Below, in pieces: positions 1-11,467 of a DNA stretch of 64,000 nt. How positions within the stretch are numbered: the first letter of the stretch is position 1; each line of letters starts with the position of its first letter. This DNA comes from Macrostomum lignano. Lineage: Eukaryota. The stretch spans positions 372,001-436,000 of the forward strand of contig NIVC01000694.1 of the NCBI GenBank assembly GCA_002269645.1, in the 5' to 3' direction. A model generated the notes under the pieces. That model worked only from the letters and a program-made list of their open reading frames with translations. It was not told the DNA's origin and did no database searches. Made by a program: the position numbers and the translations under genes.

Positions 1-1827
1 GTCAGCTACAAGGAAGGCGGCTTCACCGTGGCCTTCGAGGGCAGCGAGACTCTGCAGATCAAGGACAACTTCAGCCTGGCCAACAAGGTCATCCCGGCCG
101 TCATCAACGGCGATTCCGTCTGCATGCAGATGATGTCCCGCAGCTTCGATGAGCGCGTGACCCTGCAGTACATGGGCACCAAGGTGAGTGAGCTGTGTGA
201 GTCGGTCTGCAGTGCATGGGCACCAAGGTGAGTGAGCTGTGTGAGTCAGTCTGCAGTACATGGGCACCAAGGTGAGTGAGCTGTGTGAGTCGGTCTGCAG
301 TGCATGGGCACCAAGGTGAGTGAGCTGTGTGAGTCGGTCTGCAGTGCATGGGCACCAAGGTGAGTGAGCTGTGTGAGTCGGTCTGCAGTGCATGGGCACC
401 AAGGTGAGTGAGCTGTGTGAGTCGGTCTGCAGTACATGGGCACCAATGTGAGTGAGCTGTGTGAGTCAGTCTGCAGTGCATGGGCACCAATGTGAGTGAG
501 CTGTGTGAGTCAGTCTGCAGTACATGGGCACCAATGTGAGTGAGCTGTGTGAGTCAGTCTGCAGTACATGGGCACCAAGGTGAGTGAGCTGTGTGAGTCA
601 GTCTGCAGTACATGGGCACCAATGTGAGTGAGCTGTGTGAGTCAGTCTGCAGTGCATGGGCACCAATGTGAGTGAGCTGTGTGAGTCAGTCTGCAGTGCA
701 TGGGCACCAAGGTGAGTGAGCTGTGTGAGTCAGTCTGCAGTGCATGGGCACCAATGTGAGTGAGCTGTGTGAGTCGGTCTGCAGTACATGGGCACCAATG
801 TGAGTGAGCTGTGTGAGTCGGTCTGCAGTGCATGGGCAACAAGGTGAGTCGCTATGCAAAACTCGCACCTCCTGCAGTGCACCACGATAGTCCGCACGGC
901 TCGCGCCTACGATCTGTCGAAATTCATGCCGGTGCGCTCAGACAAGGACACCAGCACCACCATCAAGGCGCCCATGCCTGGCCTGGTGAAGTCCGTCGGC
1001 GTCACGGTGGGCCAGACGGTGGCCGAGGGCCAGGAGATTTGCGTGCTGGAGGCCATGAAGATGCAGAACAGCCTGAGCTGCGCCATCGCTGGGAAGGTGA
1101 GTTTTGCCACTGGATTTTCTTTCCTTTCAGCCGGTCTCAAATCCGGTCTCACATCCAGTCTCATATCCAGTCTCACATCCAGTCTCACATCGAGCCTCAC
1201 AGTCTCATGGCCAGTCAAAATCAGTCTCATGGCCAGTCAACAATCAGTCTCATGGCCAGTCAACAATCAGTCTCATGGCCAGTCTAACAATCAGTCTCAT
1301 GGCCAGTCTAACAATCAGTCTCATGGCCAGTCTAACAATCAGTCTCATGGCCAGTCTAACAATCAGTCTCATGGCCAGTCTAACAATCAGTCTCATGGCC
1401 AGTCTAACAATCAGTCTCATGGCCAGTCAACAATCAGTCTCATGGCCAGTCTAACAATCAGTCTCATGGCCAGTCTAACAATCAGTCTCATGGCCAGTCT
1501 AACAATCAGTCTCATGGCCAGTCAACAATCAGTCTCATGGCCAGTCAACAATCAGTCTCATGGCCAGTCTAACAGTCAGTCTCATGGCCAGTCAACAATC
1601 AGTCTCATGGCCAGTCTAACAATCAGTCTCATGGCCAGTCTAACAATCAGTCTCATGGCCAGTCTAACAATCAGTCTCATGGCCAGTCTCAGTCGGTCTC
1701 AGCCAGGCTCACAGCTAGTCTCACAATTGGTCTCTCCTCCCGCCCGCAGGTGAAAGCCGTCCACTTCAAAGCCGGAGAGACGGTGAACGAAGAGGACGTG
1801 ATCGTAGAGCTGGAGCCGCTGGCCTGA
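1..1827 (+). CDS. PCCA: Propionyl-CoA carboxylase alpha chain, 3' part (exons 1-183, 878-1096, 1750-1827)
   Basis: Spliced reading ...TLQYMGTK|CTTIVRTARAYDLSKFMP...APMPGLV...GQEICVLEAMKMQNSL...GK|VKAVHFKAGETVNEEDVIVELEPLA*. It contains the biotin-attachment EAMKM motif and is colinear with the PCCA C-terminus. GT-AG phase-0 introns at 184-877 and 1097-1749. Confidence 0.95.
163..850 (+). repeat. 44-bp minisatellite spanning a PCCA exon/donor junction (~15.5 copies)
   Basis: Unit CTGCAGT(A/G)CATGGGCACCAA(G/T)GTGAGTGAGCTGTGTGAGTC(G/A)GT. AAGGTGAG recurs at 181, 225, ... and 841 (offset 15 x 44). Confidence 0.95.
1197..1690 (+). repeat. 23/24-bp intronic minisatellite
   Basis: Unit AGTCTCATGGCCAGTC(T)AACAATC inside the last PCCA intron, preceded by short CCAGTCTCACAT-type repeats. 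Confidence 0.9.
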
Positions 1828-2643
1828 TGAAGCGAGCTGGTCTTTGATAAACTTGTAGCTTGGCTCATTTTGAACATTTTCTTAGATTTGGCTGGAGAAC
1901 AATGACTCCATAATCTGTAGTAGACTGTCCGTTGTGTAGCCCGCCATAGAATTTGGTATTAGTGCAAACTCAGACATTAAGAAATCTCTTGTGTAGCCCT
2001 GTGTTAGCCCCGCGCTCACCCTTATTTAGCGAGCGCCCAAGCGTCTCAGTTCCAGTGAGCGGCCTCAGCAGATGCCGAGTTTTCATTTCCCCGTGCTCAA
2101 CGCGTGTCCTCTTGCCAGCCAGGCCGCTTTCTGGAACCTCCGCAGTCCGCGCTGTCTCCGTTTAGAATTTGAAGATTTCCAGATCAATTCAATAGCTGCG
2201 TTTTCTTCTCACTCTACTGTTAGTAATGGAGAATGTCTGACCAATATTATTAAAGCCTCCTATGAGAAGGCCGAGATATTAAACCAATACTCCGTTTTTG
2301 TTGTTTTCTTTCACTTTGAGTCCGCCTCGCGTTTTGTAGTAGCGTAGATTTTGTTGCACGAGTTCGCCGCCCTCTTTGTCTCGCTTTCCGTTAGATTTTT
2401 TAGTCTTATTATTATTATTTCTAGAGAATCAGCAAGATCCACCGGCCCTTCCACTCGCAGCTTGTTGCACAGAGCCGACTGACTACCGATAGTAGACATT
2501 TTCGATAGCTGTTTTCTAAATTTAAATATACATTGATTTGTACTCTGGCTGCCTGATCGCTCGTCTCAGCATTAGAATCAGTGGTGCTGGCTTTGGCTTT
2601 TTGCTTTTTGCCTGCGCGCAGGAAGTTCAGCATAGGCAAGCAG

Positions 2644-3429
2644 ATGTTGCATTCGGAGACTGCACCAGTTAGACATGCTGTGAGCACACGGAAACGCATC
2701 TGTTATTTGTTTCAGGGCAGCAATCAAAGTCTGCTTGTGGCGGCTGCTGCTGTGGCATCCGCCGGCCTGGCCGCCATCTTAAATGAGATGCAGGCGATGC
2801 GCGGCGAAATGCGAGCGAATCGCGCCGACCTCGCCGCCATCTTAGATGAGGTGCGGGCCGACCGGGCCGAAAATCGCGCCGACCTCGCCGCCATCTTAGA
2901 TGAGGTGCGGGCCGACCGGGCCGAAAATCGCGCCGACCTCGCCGCCATCTTAGATGAGGTGCGGGCCGACCGGGCCGAAAATCGCGCCGACCTCGCCGCC
3001 ATCTTAGATGAGGTGCGGGCCGACCGGGCCGAAAATCGCGCCGACCTCGCCGCCATCTTAGATGAGGTGCGGGCCGACCGGGCCGAAAATCGCGCCGACC
3101 TCGCCGCCATCTTAGATGAGGTGCGGGCCGACCGGGCCGAAAATCGCGCCGACCTCGCCGCCATCTTAGATGAGGTGCGGGCCGACCGGGCCGAAAATCG
3201 CGCCGACCTCGCCGCCATCTTAGATGAGGTGCGGGCCGACCGGGCCGAAAATCGCGCCGACCTCGCCGCCATCTTAGATGAGGTGCGGGCCGACCGGGCC
3301 GAAAATCGCGCCGACCTCGCCGCCATCTTAAATGAAATGCGGTCAATGCGCGGCGAAATTCTGGACCGCATTGATATGGTACGTGCTCGAAGGTTGCGCA
3401 GGAGGCGCAGAGTCGCCCGCGCTGCATGA
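2644..3429 (+). CDS. Unknown coiled-coil repeat protein, copy 1 (18-aa RADLAAILDEVRADRAEN repeats)
   Basis: Open frame with nine perfect 54-bp units (2821-3306), an Ala-rich hydrophobic N-terminus and an Arg-rich C-terminus. Probable 36-nt intron at 2680-2715. Paralogues at 10.6 and 41.0 kb. Confidence 0.55.
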   Translation: MLHSETAPVRHAVSTRKRICYLFQGSNQSLLVAAAAVASAGLAAILNEMQAMRGEMRANRADLAAILDEVRADRAENRADLAAILDEVRADRAENRADLAAILDEVRADRAENRADLAAILDEVRADRAENRADLAAILDEVRADRAENRADLAAILDEVRADRAENRADLAAILDEVRADRAENRADLAAILDEVRADRAENRADLAAILDEVRADRAENRADLAAILNEMRSMRGEILDRIDMVRARRLRRRRRVARAA

Positions 3430-4724
3430 TGCCGTGTCGCGGCTGTGGAAGCAGCTCAGGAGGACCTGCGGAAGGCCAAGTGCAGGTGAGAATCGCACGC
3501 AAATATTCATTTCAGGTCAGCTGCCGTCAGTGCAAATGGCTCCAGCTGTTTCTTGGCGTGTTTTGAAATATTCGTCCGAATGTGCAAAATGTGTCATATT
3601 ATAATGTGCATGCAGTACATGTGCATAATGAACTGCATGATTGCCCACCCCGCCGCCGGCATTTGAAATGCACTTCTGCCTTCCAATGCGTCAACGTCCT
3701 CCGTTTCTATAATAATACAGTTGATATGGTTACTATATTAATAGTTGATATGTTTACTTAATATGTTATTCACAGCATTTTGAAGCATCAAGCAGGCCCA
3801 CTTGTTCCTCATTTTCAGGTCCTAAAAAGCTGCTTCCCAGCCTTGTTGCATGAGGCTGTCTTGCTCTCGACAGATTTTACACACTTCTCGTTTAGTTTGG
3901 TGGAGGTGCTGAAGTTTGAGCAGATCATTTTAACAAAGGGGACTCAACTGCTCTTGTCGAGCAATTTTGGCCCGTTTTATATTATAGCCGTCACTGAATC
4001 CGCACAATTTGCTCTCCAAGTCTATCCGGACTGCTTACCGCCCTTTCAACAGATGTCCGCTGGTAGCATCACCACTGTGAGCGAGTTCAGCGATGGCGGA
4101 TCAAGCGATGGCGGGGTCAACGGCGCAGACGGCGGGGTCAACGGCGCAGGAAACGGCGGTTTGGCCTTGGAGCCGGTGAGTCATCTTAGCACTGTTGCTG
4201 GAAGTTACCCTCGCTTCGAGTCAGCATCACCTGTTTGCATAATTTGCTTTCTATTGCAGATGCAGCAAATGTTTTGAGTCGCTGCCACCGCTCGGCGTTA
4301 TTCGATGCTCGTCGCGCTTTCCGCCGGAGAATTTTTTGCATTTCATGCTGCAGAATAACTTTAACGCTTACTGTCTCTCTATCGGCTATTTGAAGACTCG
4401 TTTGCATTTTGTAACTCGCTAGTGCTAGCCTTGATGGCTGTTTTCTAAGTGTGAATATATATTGATTTATGCTCTGGCTGTCTGATTGTTCGTGTCAGCA
4501 TTCGAATTAAAATGCTTGCTTTGCCGTCTTGTCATTTGCATCTGCCGGTAATTGAGCTCAGTAGCAACAAGCGAATGCACTTAGTGACTCAAAATATGCA
4601 GATTTTTCGACAACAATGGCTTATTTCGTAGAGACAAAGTGAACTCATTTTTACACAAATTTATGCTGTTTAGGCGCTCGATTAGCTGCGAGAAGACACT
4701 GCAGAGCCGAGATTGTTGCTCGCA

Positions 4725-5009
4725 GCGACTGAGCACTCCAGCAACTGCCGCTGAGCACTCCAGAAACAGCGGCTGAGCACTCCAGCAACTGCGACTGAGC
4801 ACTCCAGCAACTGCGGCTGAGCACTCCAACAACAGCGGTTGAGCACTCCAGCAACTGCGGCTAAGCACTGCAGCAACAGCGGCTGAGCACTCCAGCAACT
4901 GCGGCTGAGCACTCCAGCAACTGCGGCTGAGCACTCCAGCAACTGCGGCTAAGCACTGCAGCAACAGCGGCTGAGCACTCCAGCAGCAGCGGCTGAGCAC
5001 TCCAGCAAC
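4725..5009 (+). repeat. 22-bp minisatellite ending at the TRAPPC2L start codon
   Basis: Unit GCGGCTGAGCACTCCAGCAAC(T/A), ~13 copies. The last unit runs directly into ATG 5010. Confidence 0.9.
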
Positions 5010-5450
5010 ATGGCAGTCTGCGTCGCCGTGGTCGGCCGCGACAACCAGCCGCTGTACCTGCGCACCCTGCCGCACGAGAACGCGCTTCAGTACCACTACC
5101 TGGTGCACACCAGCCTGGACATCATCCAGGAGCGGGTGGCCAGCGCCGCCCAGACTGCCGGCCAGGCCAAGGCCGGCCACCACGACCCCTGGGACCAGTA
5201 CCTGGGCCTGCTGCACTTCCGCGAGGACTTCCGGGTCTACGGCTACGTCACCAACACCCGGGTGAAGCTGGTGCTGGTGGTGGAGGCCGCCAACCCGGCG
5301 CTGCAAAAAGATGCGGATGTGCGCGCCGTGTTCAAGCGGCTGCAGGCGGCCTACATCCGGCTGGTCTGCTCCGCCTTCTACACGCCTGGCGAGCAGATCG
5401 TCTCCCGGCTGTTTAATGACGAGGTGGCGAACATCATGAGCCCCGATTGA
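5010..5450 (+). CDS. TRAPPC2L: Trafficking protein particle complex subunit 2-like (sedlin family), intronless
   Basis: MAVCVAVVGRDNQPLYLR...HYLVHTSLDII...YLGLL...EDFRVYGYVTNTRVKLVLVV...FYTPGEQI matches the recognisable TRAPPC2L pattern over its full length (146 aa). Confidence 0.93.
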   Translation: MAVCVAVVGRDNQPLYLRTLPHENALQYHYLVHTSLDIIQERVASAAQTAGQAKAGHHDPWDQYLGLLHFREDFRVYGYVTNTRVKLVLVVEAANPALQKDADVRAVFKRLQAAYIRLVCSAFYTPGEQIVSRLFNDEVANIMSPD

Positions 5451-6720
5451 ACTACTGTCAGTAGTATCATGAGCCCCGATTGAACTACTGTCAGTAGCAT
5501 CATGAGCCCCGATTGAACTACTGTCAGTAGCATCATGAGCCCCGACTGAACTACTATCAGTAGCATCATGAGCCCCGATTGAACTACTGTCAGTAGCATC
5601 ATGAGCCCCGATTGAACTACTGTCAGTAGCATCATGAGCCCCGACTGAACTACTGTCAGTAGCATCATGAGCCCCGACTGAACTACTATCAGTAGCATCA
5701 TGAGCCCCGATTGAACTACTGTCAGTAGCATCATGAGCCCCGATTGAACTACTGTCAGTAGTATCATGAGCCCCGATTGAACTACTGTCAGTAGCATCAT
5801 GAGCCCCGATTGAACTACTGTCAGTAGCATCATGAGCCCCGACTGAACTACTGTCAGTAGCATCATGAGCCCCGACTGAACTACTATCAGTAGTATCATG
5901 AGCCCCGATTGAACTACTATCAGTAGTATCATGAGCCCCGATTGAACTACTGTCAGTAGCATCATGAGCCCCGACTGAACTACTATCAGTAGTATCATGA
6001 GCCCCGACTGAACTACTATCAGTAGCATCATGAGCCCCGACTGAACTACTATCAGTAGTATCATGAGCCCCGATTGAACTACTGTCAGTAGCATCATGAG
6101 CCCCGATTGAACTACCATCAGTAGTATCATGAGCCCCGATTGAACTACTGTCAGTAGCATCATGAGCCCCGACTGAACTACCATCAGTAGTATCATGAGC
6201 CCCGATTGAACTACTGTCAGTAGCATCATGAGCCCCGATTGAACTACCATCAGTAGTATCATGAGCCCCGAATGAACTACTGTCAGTAGCATCATGAGCC
6301 CCGATTGAACTACTGTCTGTAGCATCATGAGCCCCGATTGAACTACTGTCAGTAGCATCATGAGCCCCGATTGAACTACTGTCAGTAGCATCATGAGCCC
6401 TGATTGAACTACTGTCAGTAGCATCATGAGCCCCGACTGAACTACTATCAGTAGTATCATGAGCCCCGATTGAACTACTGTCAGTAGCATCATGAGCCCC
6501 GATTGAACTACTGTCAGTAGCATCATGAGCCCCGACTGAACTACTATCAGTAGTATCATGAGCCCCGATTGAACTACTGTCAGTAGCATCATGAGCCCCG
6601 ATTGAACTACTGTCAGTAGCATCATGAGCCCCGACTGAACTACTATCAGTAGTATCATGAGCCCCGATTGAACTACTATCAGTAGTATCATGAGTCCCGA
6701 CTGAACTACTGTCAGTAGCA
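5433..6720 (+). repeat. 33-bp minisatellite containing the TRAPPC2L stop codon (~39 copies)
   Basis: Unit ATCATGAGCCCCGA(T/C)TGAACTACT(G/A)TCAGTAG(C/T). The first unit is the last five codons plus TGA of the gene. Confidence 0.95.
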
Positions 6721-7569
6721 TTATTGTTTTGTTGAGTCTGAATGACCTACTGGTAGTAGTATTGGCTAGCCACTTTTGTTACATTCTTCGGTTCCATTTT
6801 CATAGTTGTTATTTAATTTAGTCATAATGATTAACTGTACCTCTGCTAATCTGCTTTGTACAGCGCTATGAAATGCAAATATTACTGCTTTCTATTCTTG
6901 ATTCTCGCTAAACCGGATAAATAACTCAGCGCACTAAAATGATTGCGGTTGTTACCAAGACAATTTTTTTTGATGACGCACTAAATTCCTATAGTTACAT
7001 GCTATTGCTGGCTAGATCGCATGGAGGAAGTGAAGCAAAAGTGAAGGCGAGCGTTCTTTGAATCTGAAACTCAATCACAAGGACTACATAGTAACACAAG
7101 GACTGTAACAATATGTGTAACAGATATGATAAAATAGATTCATAAGACCAAAGAGTCGAGCTGTGCATTTTTTATGATTTTTAGGTACAGGAAAATGTAC
7201 GTAGAATAAATAATTAACATAGAATCCTTTTTTCTGAAGGAAAAGCGTTATGAATATCATATATAGCATTTTCCAAGCCAATTGAGCCTATGAGCAAGCA
7301 GTTTAATCATTATTGGGAGAATCAAGCTATTGAAGACTTGTTGTCCATTGTCTATGGTCCAAAAGGGGTCTATGGAGCAACCAGTTTGAGAGTCTGGGCG
7401 CGCTATTAATCCTTTCCACAGTTGCGCAAGCCTGAGACCATAGAAAAAACAGATTTCATTAGACAAACAGATATATCAGACGAAGAATTTAGCGAGCAGA
7501 GCAGTGAAGAAAGTTTTGCTACAGCCCATGCAAGATGCAGTGGATGAGCAGAATCCTGCAGGGCGAGAA

Positions 7570-7715
7570 CCCTATCGCAAGATAAGCAACGAAAGGTACG
7601 ACCTGATTGTCGCTGCCATGGAGAGAGGTGATAGTGCTGAGCACATTTCGCGATGGCTGGACGTACAGAGAAAAACAGTGTATTCTATCAGGCGTTGCTT
7701 TGAAATCACGGGACC
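7570..7715 (+). mobile_element. Possible Tc1-like transposase N-terminal HTH remnant
   Basis: ISNERYDLIVAAMERGDSAEHISRWLDVQRKTVYSIRRCFEITG resembles Tc1 paired-type HTH. No catalytic domain or TIRs were found. Confidence 0.4.
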
Positions 7716-8735
7716 GCGCACGACGGTGGAGATCGAGCATGGACCATTGTTTTGCCTTTGCCTGTTTTGATTGGTTTCTCTGAAATCAAATTGTTAATGT
7801 CAATCGTTTTTTGATATGCCATCATCTATTTGCAGACGTTATTTCAGTGAAGTTATTCGTGAAGGATATACGAGCACTGTTAAAAGGATTAATAGCGCGC
7901 CCAGATTCTCAAATTGCTTGCTCCCAGGCTCAGTTGGCTTGGAAAAAGCTATAATAGAGCTACGAGCGTATAAGAAAAGCACAACATATCAAAACATTGG
8001 GTCTGCCTCCTATCGAAAGCAATATCAATTTTTGTGCTTAAAAATCAAAACTTCCTATCTCCATTGTGTATTTTTTGGAAAAGCTGCCTCCTAAAATTTT
8101 CCAAGAAACGAAGTTTTGTTGTCCTGCGAGTACTTAAGTAGTCCTTCCTCAAACAGTGCTGGCCTGTCTCCTGAATTTCACGCTTTTGCACACTTGCCTG
8201 CATGCTGCTAATTTTCTTACTATAGTCTCAGTAATGCATAAAACTCGCTTCCACTACATGGATCATGGATCCACAGATGAAGTAAAAGGATTCAAAGTAC
8301 TTTAAGAGACTAAAAACAAGCTAAATTACAGTGTGTTTTCAAGTTAATGGCACACTAAATGGGCTTTTATCACAGTGTGTAAATGTGATTACTGAGACAA
8401 CACACTCAACAGCTCAACATGCAGTTCCAAGCCTGTGGATTCGAATTTTGATTTTTTCACTATTTAACCCAGTCATTAATACCACGGAATTGTCAAGCTT
8501 AAGCTTCATCTAATCAAGTAAAATAGGTTTCATTTTGATCTGCGAGTCTAGTTGTATATTTGTAGTCACGGTAAACAAGATCAGGGGCAGCAGTTGCCCT
8601 CTTATACAAAGTAACCTGTTGGAGACCACTGTACGCGAACATGGGATTCGAAGTAACATTCTAGAATCTTCTAATGATAAACTACTTTATATAAACAGGT
8701 AAATTACTATTTTAACAAAATAGTCGACAGTCGAA

Positions 8736-8970
8736 ACAGCGCAGAAGGCGAGGTCAACGGCGCAGAAGGCGAGGTCAACGGCGCAGAAGGCGAGATCAAC
8801 GGCGCAGGCGAGGTCAACGGCGCAGATTGCGAGGTCAACGGCGCAGGCGAGGTCAACGGCGCAGATTGCGAGGTCAACGGCGCAGAAGGCGAGGTCAACG
8901 GCGCAGAAGGCGAGGTCAACGGCGCAGAAGGCGTGGTCAACGGCGCAGGAGATGGGGTCAACGGCGCAGG
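8736..8970. repeat. 21/18-bp minisatellite (AACGGCGCAGAAGGCGAGGTC)
   Basis: Tandem units of 21 and 18 nt. A longer copy lies at 39092-39440 and a short relative at ~4110-4155. Confidence 0.9.
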
Positions 8971-10632
8971 AGGCTGTAGATCTTCCGGTGGTGACTTTTG
9001 ATTCAGCATCGCAGCGAGTTCCCCTCTGGCATGGCACCCAGCGTTTTGCGGTAGGACAGCCCGAATCTGCCAGCTGAACGCGGGACTGCCGTGCAGATGC
9101 CGCTGGTCTGCGCGCACGATTTGCAGCCCCGCTGCCGAGTGTCCTGAAAATGAAGTGAGGAGGCGGAATCGCAGCTGACAACATGAAAACAGATGTCAAA
9201 AGCATCAGTGCTCAAATAAGGCCATATTCCGTTTAATTAAAGTATTGTACAAATGTTCATTCATCAGTCGTGCGATTTGATGTCATTTGAGTCATTTATG
9301 TTGATGAGATGATTTAGGGAAATTTCACACTAGAAGTGCGCAGTTTTGCCTGGGCTGGCCTGGTTCTGTTTGGTTCGAGTTGGGAGGTCTGGCCTGTCCC
9401 CGGCTGGTTTGCGTCGCTTTTTGTCCCTCGCTGCAGTCGGTCTCTGTGGCCCAGACACTATTATTAGTATTAACAAGATATCAGACCAGATATTATTATT
9501 ATTATAAGCTCAGAGGCGCTACTCAATCACAGCAGAGAGCTTAGCACAAGTGACCACCTGTGGTAACTGCATACAAGGTACGGTGTTACGTAAGCCTATT
9601 CAGCTCCAACACTGCAATCTGCTTAGGCGAATCTGCTTGACTTGCAAGCTCTGGCGGTGAATGTGCTGTCCCACTAGGCTTACTTTTTTAGCAGTTTAAG
9701 TAATTAAAATGAGGAAGAAAGCGTGCGGTGCGGTGCCTACAATCCTGCACGCTGTTTTGAGTGAGAACCTGCTTAGCATTGCTTGTGATAGAGATATACG
9801 AGTAGAGATACTGACAGTTGCTGCTGACTCGTGTTTTGCTTTCAATTAATTGTAATTGAACTGAAAGCGTATCAAAAAGCACGCTCTATTTCTACCATAT
9901 TTACGACCGTAGTAGACCTTAATTTCTGTTGCCTGATATACAAAGACATTGTGGATGCAGCCTGACTGTGCCGTTTACCAGTCTTAATAACAATTATTTC
10001 ACTTTACAACTTTATAGTTTAGAGACGTGTTCAGTTTTTTGTGCGTTTATAGTTTAGCGTGTGTACCTGTACAGATTTGAAGAGTGTGTGCAAATACAGG
10101 GTTGAGTGTGTACGTGTACAGGGTTGACTGTGTACACGCACACATCCGGAAGCTGCATCAGCATCTACGCGCCGAGGCGAGGAAAGCGTAATGCTTCATT
10201 CCGTATGACTGGAGGCGATGGCGCAGAAAGGAGCACTGGAGCCATCACGTCCTCTTTTCTGATTGATTTCCTGAGAAGCTCTGCGCATCAGCCTTGACCA
10301 AAATCAGCGATGTCAACGGATTAGTTGCCTCTACCACTCTCAGTCCCTGTTGCGCCCCTTCACCAGAACCCACTATCAAAGCGCGCTCCCCAGGTTCTAG
10401 GTGCGCCCGCTACACAAGAACCAGCATCGACCTGCAAGGAAGTTGCCGATACAGTCGCCGTCGGGATGTTCAACGGTTTCGTGTGATCCCGTTTTATAGG
10501 ATGTCGGCCTTCAAACAAAGGCTGGCTCCGTAGCAGCTCTGAGAGACTTGCGCCCGATTGAGCAGCAGCCGGACTCGGTTGTGAAATTAAGAAGGCCCTA
10601 AGACCCTCTGGAACATTTTCTTAACTTGAACT

Positions 10633-11467
10633 TTGCAAATCCGACATGCCGTGAACATATGGAAATGCATGTTATTTATCTCAGGACAGCAATCAAAGTC
10701 TGCTTGTGGCGGCTGCTGCTGTGGCATCCACTGCGTCCGCGGTTTCCGCTGCATGGGCCTTGGCGGAAATTCGAGCCGACTGGGCCGAAAATCACGCGGC
10801 CTTGGCCGAGAATCGTGCCGTCTTGGCCGAAAATCGAGCCGGCTTGGCCGCCATCTTAGATGAGGTGCGGGCCGACCGGGCCGAAAATCGCGCAGTCTTG
10901 GCCGAGAATCGCGCAGCCTTGGCCGAAAATCGCGCAGCCTTGGCCGAAAATCACGCGGCCTTGGCCGAGAATCGTGCCGTCTTGGCCGAAAATCGAGCCG
11001 GCTTGGCCGCCATCTTAGATGAGGTGCGGGCCGACCGGGCCGAAAATCGCGCAGTCTTGGCCGAGAATCGCGCAGCCTTGGCCGAAAATCGCGCAGCCTT
11101 GGCCGAAAATCGAGCCGGCTTGGCCGCCATCTTAGATGAGGTGCGGGCCGACCGGGCCGAAAATCGCGCAGTCTTGGCCGAGAATCGCGCAGCCTTGGCC
11201 GAAAATCGCGCAGCCTTGGCCGAAAATCGAGCCGGCTTGGCCGCCATCTTAGATGAGGTGCGGGCCGACCGGGCCGAAAATCGCGCAGCCTTGGCCGAAA
11301 ATCGCGCAGCCTTGGCCGAAAATCGCGCAGCCTTGGCCGCCATCCAAAATGAGATGCGGGCGATGCACCGTGAAATGCGGGCGATGCGCGGCGACATTCT
11401 AAACCGCATTAATATGCTACATGCTCAAAGGTTGCGCACGAGGCGCAGAGTCGCCCGCGCTGCATGA
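10633..11467 (+). CDS. Unknown coiled-coil repeat protein, copy 2 (AALAENR heptads plus AILDEVRADRAENR units)
   Basis: ORF 10706-11467 is homologous to copy 1. A 34-nt GT-AG intron at 10651-10684 restores the shared RHA|(G/D)SNQSLLV junction. Start codon unresolved. Confidence 0.55.

Noticed and set aside
2669-3502. Antisense repeat ORFs over the coiled-coil genes (also 10951-11409, 40777-41613)
   Set aside because: They are by-products of GC-rich triplet-length repeats. Splice signals and paralogue conservation favour the plus strand.
163-6720. 44-, 24-, 22- and 33-bp arrays as CRISPR arrays
   Set aside because: They are head-to-tail units with no unique spacers and no cas genes, in a eukaryotic intron/UTR context.
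5378-6721. 447-aa minus-strand ORF (MLLTVVQSGL repeats)
   Set aside because: It is a stop-free antisense reading of the 33-bp minisatellite, with no unique domain.
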